IMG/VR virus record: IMGVR_UViG_3300027908_000009
Location: 1-49,067 of that record
Origin: a virus
Strand: one strand, 5' to 3'
DNA length: 49,067 nt
Below are positions 23,590 to 30,557 of this stretch, one piece after another. The notes under the pieces are model-generated. The model ran no database searches. It was not told where the DNA came from and worked only from the letters and a program-made list of their open reading frames with translations. The position numbers and the translations under genes are program-made. The stretch's first letter is position 1. Each line of letters starts with the position of its first letter.

Positions 23590-23754
23590 ATGGCCGTAGA
23601 TGAAAAAATCCTAGGTGAGTTGCGAGCGCAAACGCTTTTGCTAGAAACCATCATTGCCATTCTCGATGCCAACAAAAAATACGGCGTCGCTGTACACTTT
23701 CCCTACACGGCGGCCGTCGCCAGGGAACAGGTCAAAAAGACCGCAGGTCAGTAA
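23590..23754 (+). CDS. Hypothetical 54-aa protein below the ORF-track threshold
   Basis: MAVDEKILGELRAQTLLLETIIAILDANKK... It fills an otherwise empty gap. Confidence 0.35.
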   Translation: MAVDEKILGELRAQTLLLETIIAILDANKKYGVAVHFPYTAAVAREQVKKTAGQ

Positions 23755-23778
23755 CATCACAACAACCGGGAGAATCCG

Positions 23779-24003
23779 ATGGCGAGATTTTCAGGACCAA
23801 TCGCAGGTGGCCCCTGGCACGGCGGCAAAATGGACGGAGAAAATCCAACCATCGAATGCCCGATCCTGCCGCCGGGAATGGTGATGAGCGCGCCGCCGGA
23901 TTCAGTCGTTGAGATTGGCCATATTCAAGCCGCCAGCTACCGTTGGGATAAGGTCATGAGCATGTGGATTTGGAGCGGCCCCAACGTGCCAATCAGGCGT
24001 TAA
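23779..24003 (+). CDS. Hypothetical protein
   Basis: RBS GGGAGAA lies before the ATG. Confidence 0.5.
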   Translation: MARFSGPIAGGPWHGGKMDGENPTIECPILPPGMVMSAPPDSVVEIGHIQAASYRWDKVMSMWIWSGPNVPIRR

Positions 24004-24137
24004 ACCCCCATGAGCAGGCTACTTTGCATTCTCTTTCATCGTCGCTGGTACTTCCGGCTACAGTCCAGCGGACGTAAGTTTGGATGGTGTGACAAGTGCA
24101 AGAGACAATGGGGCTGGCGACCAGAAAGAGGCTAACG

Positions 24138-24341
24138 ATGACACAGCCGGAAAATATCAGGATGGTGATCGAGGAACAGGCCAAGGACGAAGGGCTATGG
24201 TTTGAGGCTGAAACGGCGGCCGAGGCTTATGTGCAAGCCGCCCTACGCCGGCTACACGCAGCTATCGAGGGCAAGACACCAGAACAATGCGCTCGCGAAG
24301 CAATGGCTGCTTTCGCCGAGTTAACCGGGAGCAACAAATGA
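24138..24341 (+). CDS. Hypothetical protein (GLWFEAETAAEAY motif)
   Basis: RBS AAGAGG lies before ATG 24138. Confidence 0.5.
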   Translation: MTQPENIRMVIEEQAKDEGLWFEAETAAEAYVQAALRRLHAAIEGKTPEQCAREAMAAFAELTGSNK

Positions 24342-24529
24342 CACCAGCATACGAGGAAGGATTTGAAGCGCGGCTCTGCGGTCAAGGCCGCGATCTTAAC
24401 CCGTATAAAAACGATACCCGCGAGTCCAGCCATTGGCTGGGCGGCTGGTTAGATCAGGATTACCATCTTAAAGAACGTGACGCCGCGCTCGACAGCATCG
24501 GATGGTTTGGACGATATGTCGATGATTGA
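24338..24529 (+). CDS. Rmf/CrpP-family small protein, copy 1
   Basis: GFEARLCGQGRDLNPYKNDTRESSHWLGGW aligns by eye with E. coli Rmf GYQAGIAGRSKEMCPYQTLNQRSQWLGGW. Confidence 0.6.
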   Translation: MTPAYEEGFEARLCGQGRDLNPYKNDTRESSHWLGGWLDQDYHLKERDAALDSIGWFGRYVDD

Positions 24530-24725
24530 ACATTCTGACTACATCAACGCTTTGACGAACGGCTTTCAAGCCGGCCTCGACGGGCTAGACCCGCGCCTCT
24601 GTCCATACGACAAGCTATCCGACGAGTGGAATATATGGCAGCGATGGCACGGCCTGGGAACCAAGCGAGCGGCAGTTAATGAGCAGTCAGCAGGAGGCAA
24701 CGGTGGCAAAGAAGCGCAAAGCTAA
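24516..24725 (+). CDS. Rmf/CrpP-family small protein, copy 2
   Basis: NGFQAGLDGLDPRLCPYDKLSDEWNIWQRWHGLG. Confidence 0.5.
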   Translation: MSMIEHSDYINALTNGFQAGLDGLDPRLCPYDKLSDEWNIWQRWHGLGTKRAAVNEQSAGGNGGKEAQS

Positions 24726-24903
24726 ACCGGCTCGTAGGCGCCAAAAGTTTGTCCGCGTTCCCGTTCCGCCAACCAAGGCGATGCTTGAGGGCATGACCTG
24801 CGCCACGTTCCTTAACGACGGCTCGCTTCTCGAAATGGAGCGTCGGTTTAATGGAATGCTCGAAGGTCTCGGTTTGGACATGAACGGGAACAGGCACAAA
24901 TAA
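24679..24903 (+). CDS. Hypothetical basic protein
   Basis: 74-aa ORF that overlaps the previous gene by 47 nt. Confidence 0.4.
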   Translation: MSSQQEATVAKKRKAKPARRRQKFVRVPVPPTKAMLEGMTCATFLNDGSLLEMERRFNGMLEGLGLDMNGNRHK

Positions 24904-24918
24904 GCGATATGTCGGCAG

Positions 24919-25110
24919 ATGCGATCAATGGGCCACCCTGACTATGTGTATCAGCCTCACAGCGAGGAACGCCGCTCTGCGGCCAGCGAGCGCATGAAGG
25001 CTCACTGTCACAACCGCACCTTTGCTAAGGTAATCCGTGCCGAGCTAGATGATCTAGAACGCAAGCGCGAAATGCTCCAAAAACTTTTGGAATTATATGA
25101 TGCTCGCTAG
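24919..25110 (+). CDS. Hypothetical protein
   Basis: 63-aa ORF. Confidence 0.45.
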   Translation: MRSMGHPDYVYQPHSEERRSAASERMKAHCHNRTFAKVIRAELDDLERKREMLQKLLELYDAR

Positions 25111-25318
25111 GAATGAACTCGCGGACTACATCGCCGACAACTACGGAGCCTGCGAGCGGGGAGCCGACTGCTATTGGGGTAAGGACGTTCGCGGCCGACG
25201 GAATGGATGTCTCTACACTGGATGGAAAGGGCGTAACTGTCGCCACTGGCATCCGGTCGCTGCGCAGACGTGGGACGAACTAAAAGGCGCATATGGCCAA
25301 TATGCAGGAGAAAAATAG
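25097..25318 (+). CDS. Hypothetical Cys-rich protein
   Basis: 73-aa ORF. Confidence 0.45.
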   Translation: MMLARNELADYIADNYGACERGADCYWGKDVRGRRNGCLYTGWKGRNCRHWHPVAAQTWDELKGAYGQYAGEK

Positions 25319-25453
25319 ATGCCGGTTTTGGTCTTGATTTTTCTGCTCGCGATAACCGCGTTGCTGTCCATGGTTGTCATAGCGCGCCACCAGCACCGAA
25401 TAGATCGGCTAGAGGCGGCGGTGCGCGAACTCAATCCCGGCCTCGACATTTAG
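25319..25453 (+). CDS. 44-aa membrane-anchored peptide
   Basis: RBS AGGAG. MPVLVLIFLLAITALLSMVVIA... Confidence 0.45.
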   Translation: MPVLVLIFLLAITALLSMVVIARHQHRIDRLEAAVRELNPGLDI

Positions 25454-25489
25454 GCACTGTCAAGAGATTTTTCGGGAAAACCAAAGGAG

Positions 25490-25864
25490 TTGGAAATGAG
25501 CATGGACGACATTACGGCAGATGAGACCGGCAAGATTGCCGGCATCCTTGAAACCAAATGGGCGCAGACCTACGCGGATAAAACCCGGTTCAAGGCTGAG
25601 GCCGATTCGCTGCGAACTGCGCTTGATGTCATGACGGCAGACCGGGATTATTGGCGGCACCGAGCCGAGGAAGCCGAGCTAGAACGCGATGAAGCACGTG
25701 AGTCCGAGGAATACATGCACCGTCAATGGGAAAGTGTCGGAGCGGTCGCCAAGGAGACGTTGGAACATCGCAACACACGCAAAAAAAGGCCGCGCCCGCA
25801 ACTCGCATTGACGCCCGAACCCGATGACAAGCCTCCGAGCGTGGTAGTGTTTAATCGCTCTTGA
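25490..25864 (+). CDS. Hypothetical coiled-coil protein, last gene of the plus arm
   Basis: RBS AAGGAG. 124 aa. Confidence 0.55.
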   Translation: MEMSMDDITADETGKIAGILETKWAQTYADKTRFKAEADSLRTALDVMTADRDYWRHRAEEAELERDEARESEEYMHRQWESVGAVAKETLEHRNTRKKRPRPQLALTPEPDDKPPSVVVFNRS

Positions 25865-26018
25865 GATCATACACTTTGACCAATACCTGCCCACACCTAT
25901 CGCAATCATAATAGTGATACGCGATTGGTTTTACCGGGTGCGGCTCAATCCGAGATATTTTGATTTCAGCCCCACATTTTGGGCACTTGCCGTTGGCGGG
26001 AAGCTCGATGGAGGGCAT
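25851..26018 (-). CDS. Zinc-ribbon protein, 55 aa, below the ORF-track threshold
   Basis: MPSIELPANGKCPKCGAEIK...YYDCDRCGQVL has two CxxC pairs. Its 3' end overlaps the convergent plus-strand gene by 14 nt. Confidence 0.45.
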   Translation of the reverse strand: MPSIELPANGKCPKCGAEIKISRIEPHPVKPIAYHYYDCDRCGQVLVKVYDLKSD

Positions 26019-26024
26019 CGGGCA

Positions 26025-26570
26025 TTACGAGTGCAGCCTGAGAACTAGTCCAATGACCGCAACGGCAGTAACGACCAAACTCCCAATCGCCACGATGACC
26101 GCCCAACTATCGTTGGTTCCTTTCTGGTGACCTTCGCCCTTATCCAAACGTGATTTAATGTCGCTAATTTGAACGTCGGTGTTGCGGCGCACTTCCGTCA
26201 GAAGTTCGCGGCCTTGATCGAGCAGCTTGGTAAAGTTGTCGTCCATCTTCGTATTTGCAGCAGTATTGGCCTGCTGCTGAGCCGCGGCAGATTCTTTCTG
26301 CGCACTGAGGCCGACCGACACGGCTTTGTCTTTTTCGGAGAACGTATCGGAAATGCTTTTGAACTGCTGCGTCGTGACATCGGAGAGGCTTTTGATGCGT
26401 TCAAAAACCAATGCGATTTGGCCGTTCAATCTTTCATCGAGAAACTTTTCCAGTCCACCGATAGCTCGGTCAACTACAGTAGGCACACGAACGAAATCGT
26501 TGTGAAGCAACCGCGTGGCCTTATCCATCGCCTTGAGGCGAGCTTTGGTGGCGCCCCCCTTCTTGCCCAT
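26025..26570 (-). CDS. Coiled-coil protein with a C-terminal TM anchor
   Basis: 181 aa with C-terminus SWAVIVAIGSLVVTAVAVIGLVLRL. Confidence 0.55.
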   Translation of the reverse strand: MGKKGGATKARLKAMDKATRLLHNDFVRVPTVVDRAIGGLEKFLDERLNGQIALVFERIKSLSDVTTQQFKSISDTFSEKDKAVSVGLSAQKESAAAQQQANTAANTKMDDNFTKLLDQGRELLTEVRRNTDVQISDIKSRLDKGEGHQKGTNDSWAVIVAIGSLVVTAVAVIGLVLRLHS

Positions 26571-26576
26571 TTTAGA

Positions 26577-26936
26577 TCAATGCCCCGCGTTAATCTTCGC
26601 CTGTATGTCGGAAATCTGCCGCTGCAAGTCGTTTATGCGCTGCTGCACTGTAGCACTCGGAGCCTTCGCCATGTCCTGTTGCGCCGCATAGAGCGAGCTT
26701 TGCAGTTGATTGAGCGCGAGAGTATTGATAGCTCTGGCGGTATCGACCTGAATCAGCTTAACCGGATCGACCTGCTCATGAACGAAAGTTTTGCTTGCGG
26801 CTTCCGGCAATCCCATCGCCTCCCACGCCGGGGGCACCGCGACGATTGCTGTTGCGGTCGCCGTGATGAGTGCGAGTATCGAGGTAATGCTTTTGCGGAG
26901 ACTCGTTCCCCAGAATGCGGCTATTAAGTCATTCAT
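26577..26936 (-). CDS. N-terminally anchored coiled-coil membrane protein (i-spanin-like)
   Basis: The TM segment ITSILALITATATAIVAV is followed by a periplasmic coiled-coil. It lies in the lysis region. Confidence 0.35.
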   Translation of the reverse strand: MNDLIAAFWGTSLRKSITSILALITATATAIVAVPPAWEAMGLPEAASKTFVHEQVDPVKLIQVDTARAINTLALNQLQSSLYAAQQDMAKAPSATVQQRINDLQRQISDIQAKINAGH

Positions 26937-26975
26937 GGCGATCCTGTATCGGTTGAGAGTTTCTATACGCCAGTT

Positions 26976-27452
26976 CTACATCGGCACGTGTTGTCGGCTG
27001 CTGATCATCAACAACAAATCTCGCGGATCGACCAAGTGTGCGGGAGCCGCAAGCGGGAACGGAAACCATTCGCAGGCGCGCAACGCGAGCGTAATGAGGG
27101 CTGAGCAAATCGCGTGGTCGAGCGTGTGTTCGTGCTCGGGGATCAGGAAGCCGACGATTGCTTTCCAGTCGTAGGGTTCGCCGATATGAACTTGGAGGAA
27201 ATTGTAGAATTGGGCCGACCGCGAATCGGTTGTGCCTTCGAGCGTCAAGAATAGTTCGTGGGAGAATTTACCTGCGTCGTAGTTCTTCGGTCGTTTCTGG
27301 ACGCCGCCGCTCAAATGAGCGCCGAGATAAAAGCCATCAGGGGTGACGGCCTCGACGTGTGAAGGTGTAAACGGCATCGCGACTTTTTCAAGAGCCACGA
27401 TGCCGTCTGAGGCTAGGCCGATGCTGCGAACGAAACGAATGACGATTGGCAT
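26976..27452 (-). CDS. Permuted NlpC/P60 (YiiX/C92-like) peptidase; putative cell-wall hydrolase
   Basis: The motifs occur in the order SHVEAV .. GGVQKRP .. GEPYDW .. AICSALIT, matching the permuted papain-fold His-before-Cys arrangement as I remember it. Confidence 0.45.
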   Translation of the reverse strand: MPIVIRFVRSIGLASDGIVALEKVAMPFTPSHVEAVTPDGFYLGAHLSGGVQKRPKNYDAGKFSHELFLTLEGTTDSRSAQFYNFLQVHIGEPYDWKAIVGFLIPEHEHTLDHAICSALITLALRACEWFPFPLAAPAHLVDPRDLLLMISSRQHVPM

Positions 27453-27479
27453 CGGTATGTGTTTCTAATCTTGGGAGGC

Positions 27480-28232
27480 TCAGAACAAAAGGCTCGCGCC
27501 AGCGATGACTTGCTGGCCAAGACCGCCGTTAGCTGTCTTGGTCGGGATAGGACCTACGGTGAGCGACTGGCTCGGAAAGATCGTCTTGATATAGGTCCGC
27601 AGCGCCAGACCATTGCTCAGTTGTTCCATCTGCACGAGGCCAACCATCGGCGCCGCTCGGAACTCCTTGTTGGACGACAGGCCCTGGAAATCGAGAGAGA
27701 TGTCATTCCAATGCATGCCGGCCATAAGCCCTATCTGCGTGTGACTCGCCGTCACGCCGGCCGGCAGCGCATTGAAAGGCGGAAGCGTGCCCAACGACGC
27801 AAAACCGGGAATGTACTGCGTGAGATTGGCGAGCGGAGTAAACGCGACGACGCGAACTTCCCCTTCGAGTGGACCGCTGGCGCTGAGCCCCTGCGACGAT
27901 CCGTTGAAGTTCGTCATGCCGATGTCGTTTTCAACGGAGTAGGCGACGTTGCTATTCGGCGAGCCCCAAGCATAGCCGATAGTCACACCAGCCGCAGCGT
28001 TGAGTTCGACGAGACCAGTTGTCGAAACGCCAGTGACCGTATTGGACGCGGACGCATTGACTGGTCCGCCCCCGCCTTCCGCATAAGTGCCGTAGAATAG
28101 GCCAGAACTGCCGTAGGGGTAGCCGGTATAGATTGGATTGAGCGGAGGGGCTTTGAGTGGCATATCCGCCGCCATCGCCGCGGTCGAAGTCAGGAGCGCA
28201 AGGCCCCCAAGAATTCCAAGCAATTTGCGCAT
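27480..28232 (-). CDS. Outer-membrane beta-barrel protein (Omp25/Omp31/RopB-style) with a signal peptide; moron
   Basis: MRKLLGILGGLALLTSTAAMAAD has an AXA cleavage site. The mature part has alternating hydrophobic strands. The C-terminal beta-signal ends in ...AGASLLF. Confidence 0.7.
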   Translation of the reverse strand: MRKLLGILGGLALLTSTAAMAADMPLKAPPLNPIYTGYPYGSSGLFYGTYAEGGGGPVNASASNTVTGVSTTGLVELNAAAGVTIGYAWGSPNSNVAYSVENDIGMTNFNGSSQGLSASGPLEGEVRVVAFTPLANLTQYIPGFASLGTLPPFNALPAGVTASHTQIGLMAGMHWNDISLDFQGLSSNKEFRAAPMVGLVQMEQLSNGLALRTYIKTIFPSQSLTVGPIPTKTANGGLGQQVIAGASLLF

Positions 28233-28316
28233 GATCTTCTCCGTTTGAGATTGACTTTACGCAGACTGCTTAACAGAGAAAGGCGTGACAATTTTAGCAC
28301 ATCACAGGTTTAGATT

Positions 28317-28335
28317 GAGTCCTTTTTGAGTCAAT
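28317..28335 (-). promoter_or_regulatory. Two GANTC (CcrM-type) sites 11 bp apart overlapping a candidate -35 upstream of the OMP gene
   Basis: GAGTC lies at 28317-21 and 28328-32. The minus strand reads TTGACTC-N13-TCTAAACC, which is close to the Caulobacter-type TTGACGS-N10-14-GCTANAWC consensus from memory. Confidence 0.4.
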
Positions 28336-28408
28336 TTGGTTAGACTGGCTACCTTGGCTGTCGATTTGATTGTGAGGCTTTACGGCCATAGAGGTCTACG
28401 AGCATCAA

Positions 28409-28645
28409 CTACTCGACTGCAGCGTTCTGCGGGACAACGTCAATCCATTTGAAATCGGCGCGAGGACCCCACGTGCGCTTTGACCTATAGCCGCAATCGC
28501 AATACATGTCGCTGCTGCCAGAGCCGTCAAAACCCATGCTCATCGTTCCCCGCATGTTGGTATGGGGACAATTTGCTTGGGTCAGCGGCGGCTGCACTCG
28601 CCAGCCAGTCTTCGCTAATTCCGCCGCCATTTCCTCATTTTTCAT
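28409..28645 (-). CDS. Hypothetical Cys-containing protein
   Basis: ATG 28645 follows GGTGGAG. Confidence 0.45.
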   Translation of the reverse strand: MKNEEMAAELAKTGWRVQPPLTQANCPHTNMRGTMSMGFDGSGSSDMYCDCGYRSKRTWGPRADFKWIDVVPQNAAVE

Positions 28646-28720
28646 TTCTCCACCCTCGTATGGCCGTAAGAATCTCACAGGACAGTTGAGAGCCAAGGTA
28701 GCCAAGCTAACAAACAAACC

Positions 28721-28876
28721 TTACTTCCCTGTCGGCTGATGCGCCTGCACCGTCTTGACGATGTTCATAAAGTTCGGCGCCAGCGCCAGCAACGTTGCAA
28801 TCCCGATCTTGGCGATAATGGCCTCTACATCGGGACCGTTCTTCGCAGCAAGTTCGGCGATCAATTCCGGGTTCAT
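28721..28876 (-). CDS. Small protein with one hydrophobic segment (holin-associated?)
   Basis: MNPELIAEL...IIAKIGIATLLALAPNFMNIV. It starts 1 nt after the holin-like stop. Confidence 0.4.
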   Translation of the reverse strand: MNPELIAELAAKNGPDVEAIIAKIGIATLLALAPNFMNIVKTVQAHQPTGK

Positions 28877-28877
28877 G

Positions 28878-29213
28878 TCACGCGGCCTTTTGCGCGACAG
28901 CTTGGGCGGCGGCGATAGTGCCAACTACTTTCTCACTTGGTGTAGCCGCAGCCACAGGCGGTTCGGTCAAGATAGCCTTAACCGTTGGCAAAGATGCAGC
29001 CGCATCGATCCGGCTTTGAGTGCTCATGCCCATGCCGCTGATGGTGGTATTAACCGCAGAGCCGATGAACGCGATGATGCCACACCAAGCAGCAACTATT
29101 GGAATCCACGCTGCCGGGACTGCGTTGGTGAGAACAAGCGTTCCCTGACTGATGCCGATTGCGATGGTGACAATGATGCTGATCGTAAATCGCCATTTCG
29201 GATCGATAGACAT
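28878..29213 (-). CDS. Holin candidate with two TM segments
   Basis: The TM segments are FTISIIVTIAIGISQGTLVLT and WIPIVAAWCGIIAFIGSAV. It lies downstream of the endolysin. Confidence 0.5.
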   Translation of the reverse strand: MSIDPKWRFTISIIVTIAIGISQGTLVLTNAVPAAWIPIVAAWCGIIAFIGSAVNTTISGMGMSTQSRIDAAASLPTVKAILTEPPVAAATPSEKVVGTIAAAQAVAQKAA

Positions 29214-29239
29214 TTCATTCTCCTATGTGGTTTGTTTTT

Positions 29240-29371
29240 TCACCATGGGTAAGTAAAAATAACCATCAAGATCACGACCGGGAGCGCCAAGGTGAAGGCG
29301 GCCGCTAACTGTCCGGCAACGCTTGGTCCCGTGTAGGGGCGCCCGTCGCCTGCGTAGGGATAGTCCATCAT
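29240..29371 (-). CDS. 43-aa protein with a C-terminal TM segment
   Basis: Its ATG overlaps the endolysin TGA (ATGA). MMDYPYAGDGRPYTG...AAAFTLALPVVILMVIFTYPW. Confidence 0.45.
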   Translation of the reverse strand: MMDYPYAGDGRPYTGPSVAGQLAAAFTLALPVVILMVIFTYPW

Positions 29372-29946
29372 GACGTTGCCGCAGGCGTTGTTGCCATCTT
29401 GAGCGCGTCCGCGCCGATTTCCACGGAACGTCGAATCCAATCCGCGCCAAAATATTTGAAGCCCGACAACGCGCGGTAGTAAGCCTCTCGCTCAGCCGTG
29501 AATGTCTTGATGATTGCGACCGGATTTGTGATGGCCTTGACCGCCGCATCAGTCTGCGGTCCCCACGCACGGTCTGCGGTAATTTGAAGCGAGCGTTGTA
29601 GGATCATCGTCGCCGCGCCAGGACCCGCATTTACAGATTCGTCGAAGAACTGCAAGTCCAAGCCGGGCGAGAGTTTTGGGCAGTCCGGCATCCAATAGGA
29701 ATTATAGTAAATGTCGGCGCCTTCGTTGCGGCTAATCTTGCTCACGTCTTGCAGCGGCAGACCTTTGCTTCTGCGATAATAATCGTATTCCCGCTGAATA
29801 ATGCCACACATTGTCTCGCCGCCGGGATCGTGAGCATCGTTCGAGAAATTGCGCCAATTGCTCCAATCGTTCGGGATAGGAGCCTCTTGCGCTAGGGTGT
29901 AAGGCCAGCATATAGTAAATCTAGCGTCATTCATTGGAGAGTCCAT
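29368..29946 (-). CDS. Endolysin: GH108 lysozyme-like domain plus a PG_binding_3-like C-terminus
   Basis: DPGGETMCGI, YYRRSKGLP, IYYNSYW, LDLQFFDESVNAGPGAA, LQRSL..ADRAWGPQT fit the GH108/PG_binding_3 architecture. The likely start is ATG 29946, preceded by AAGGA. Confidence 0.85.
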   Translation of the reverse strand: MDSPMNDARFTICWPYTLAQEAPIPNDWSNWRNFSNDAHDPGGETMCGIIQREYDYYRRSKGLPLQDVSKISRNEGADIYYNSYWMPDCPKLSPGLDLQFFDESVNAGPGAATMILQRSLQITADRAWGPQTDAAVKAITNPVAIIKTFTAEREAYYRALSGFKYFGADWIRRSVEIGADALKMATTPAATS

Positions 29947-29949
29947 ACC

Positions 29950-30490
29950 ATGCCGTCCTTTCAAGATTTAACAAGTCGCAGATTTAACCGCCTCGTAGTG
30001 GTAAAACGCCTACCATCCCGTAAAGGTCGAACCATGTGGCTGACACTTTGCGACTGCGGAAACGAAAAAGAGTGTAACGGAGCTCACTTAGTCGGGGAAC
30101 ACACAAAAAGCTGCGGGTGTTTGAAAGCGGAAAGAGCACACGACCAAGGCATAAAAGCAGCAACTCATGGACGGTCTTACACACCTTTATACAAAGTGTG
30201 GAAGTCGATGATCTCGCGTTGCCGAAACCCCAACAATAGCGACTATAAGAATTATGGAGCGCGCGGAATAAAGGTTTGTGAGATGATGGTTAACTTTTGA
30301 AAATTTTCTGGCAGACGTAGGTGTTCGTGATCCTGGCATGACTGTAGAACGAAAAGACTATGACAAAGATTATTCTCCGGACAATTTTCGGTGGGCAACC
30401 AGAAAGGAGCAAGCAAATAACCGAAGAGGGACACGAACTCCGCTAGACGATCCAGGATTTTCAATAGGGCTACTTGGATATGGCGTCTAA
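29950..30490 (+). pseudogene. Frameshifted homing-endonuclease-like gene, paralogue of 40070..40696
   Basis: It shares CDCG, TKSCGC, THG, LYKVWKSMISRCRNP and YGARGIKVC with the intact copy. Frame 1 stops at 30298-30300. The conserved continuation [12 protein letters not shown]...[20 protein letters not shown] lies in another frame (30287-30490). Confidence 0.6.
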
Positions 30491-30557
30491 CTAACGGGAT
30501 AGACCAGCACGCCGTAAAACGCGGATCGGCAAGAGCCGTCGCTACATCAGTCATCAT
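30491..30557 (-). pseudogene. Orphan 5' fragment of an endolysin gene
   Basis: ATG 30557 overlaps the TGA of the fibre gene (ATGA, RBS GGAGAGG). MMTDVATALADPRFTACWSIPL parallels the working lysin N-terminus MNDARFTICWPYTL. The similarity ends where the endonuclease-like gene ends. Confidence 0.5.

Noticed and set aside
25780-25800. An A7/T7 run with adjacent GC-rich sequence, considered as a bidirectional terminator at the convergence of the two arms.
   Set aside because: No stable hairpin could be drawn next to the T-run, and it lies inside the coding sequence of 25490-25864.
26025-26936. An o-spanin lipoprotein embedded in or next to the i-spanin-like gene.
   Set aside because: No ORF in any minus-strand frame here begins with a signal peptide ending in a lipobox Cys.
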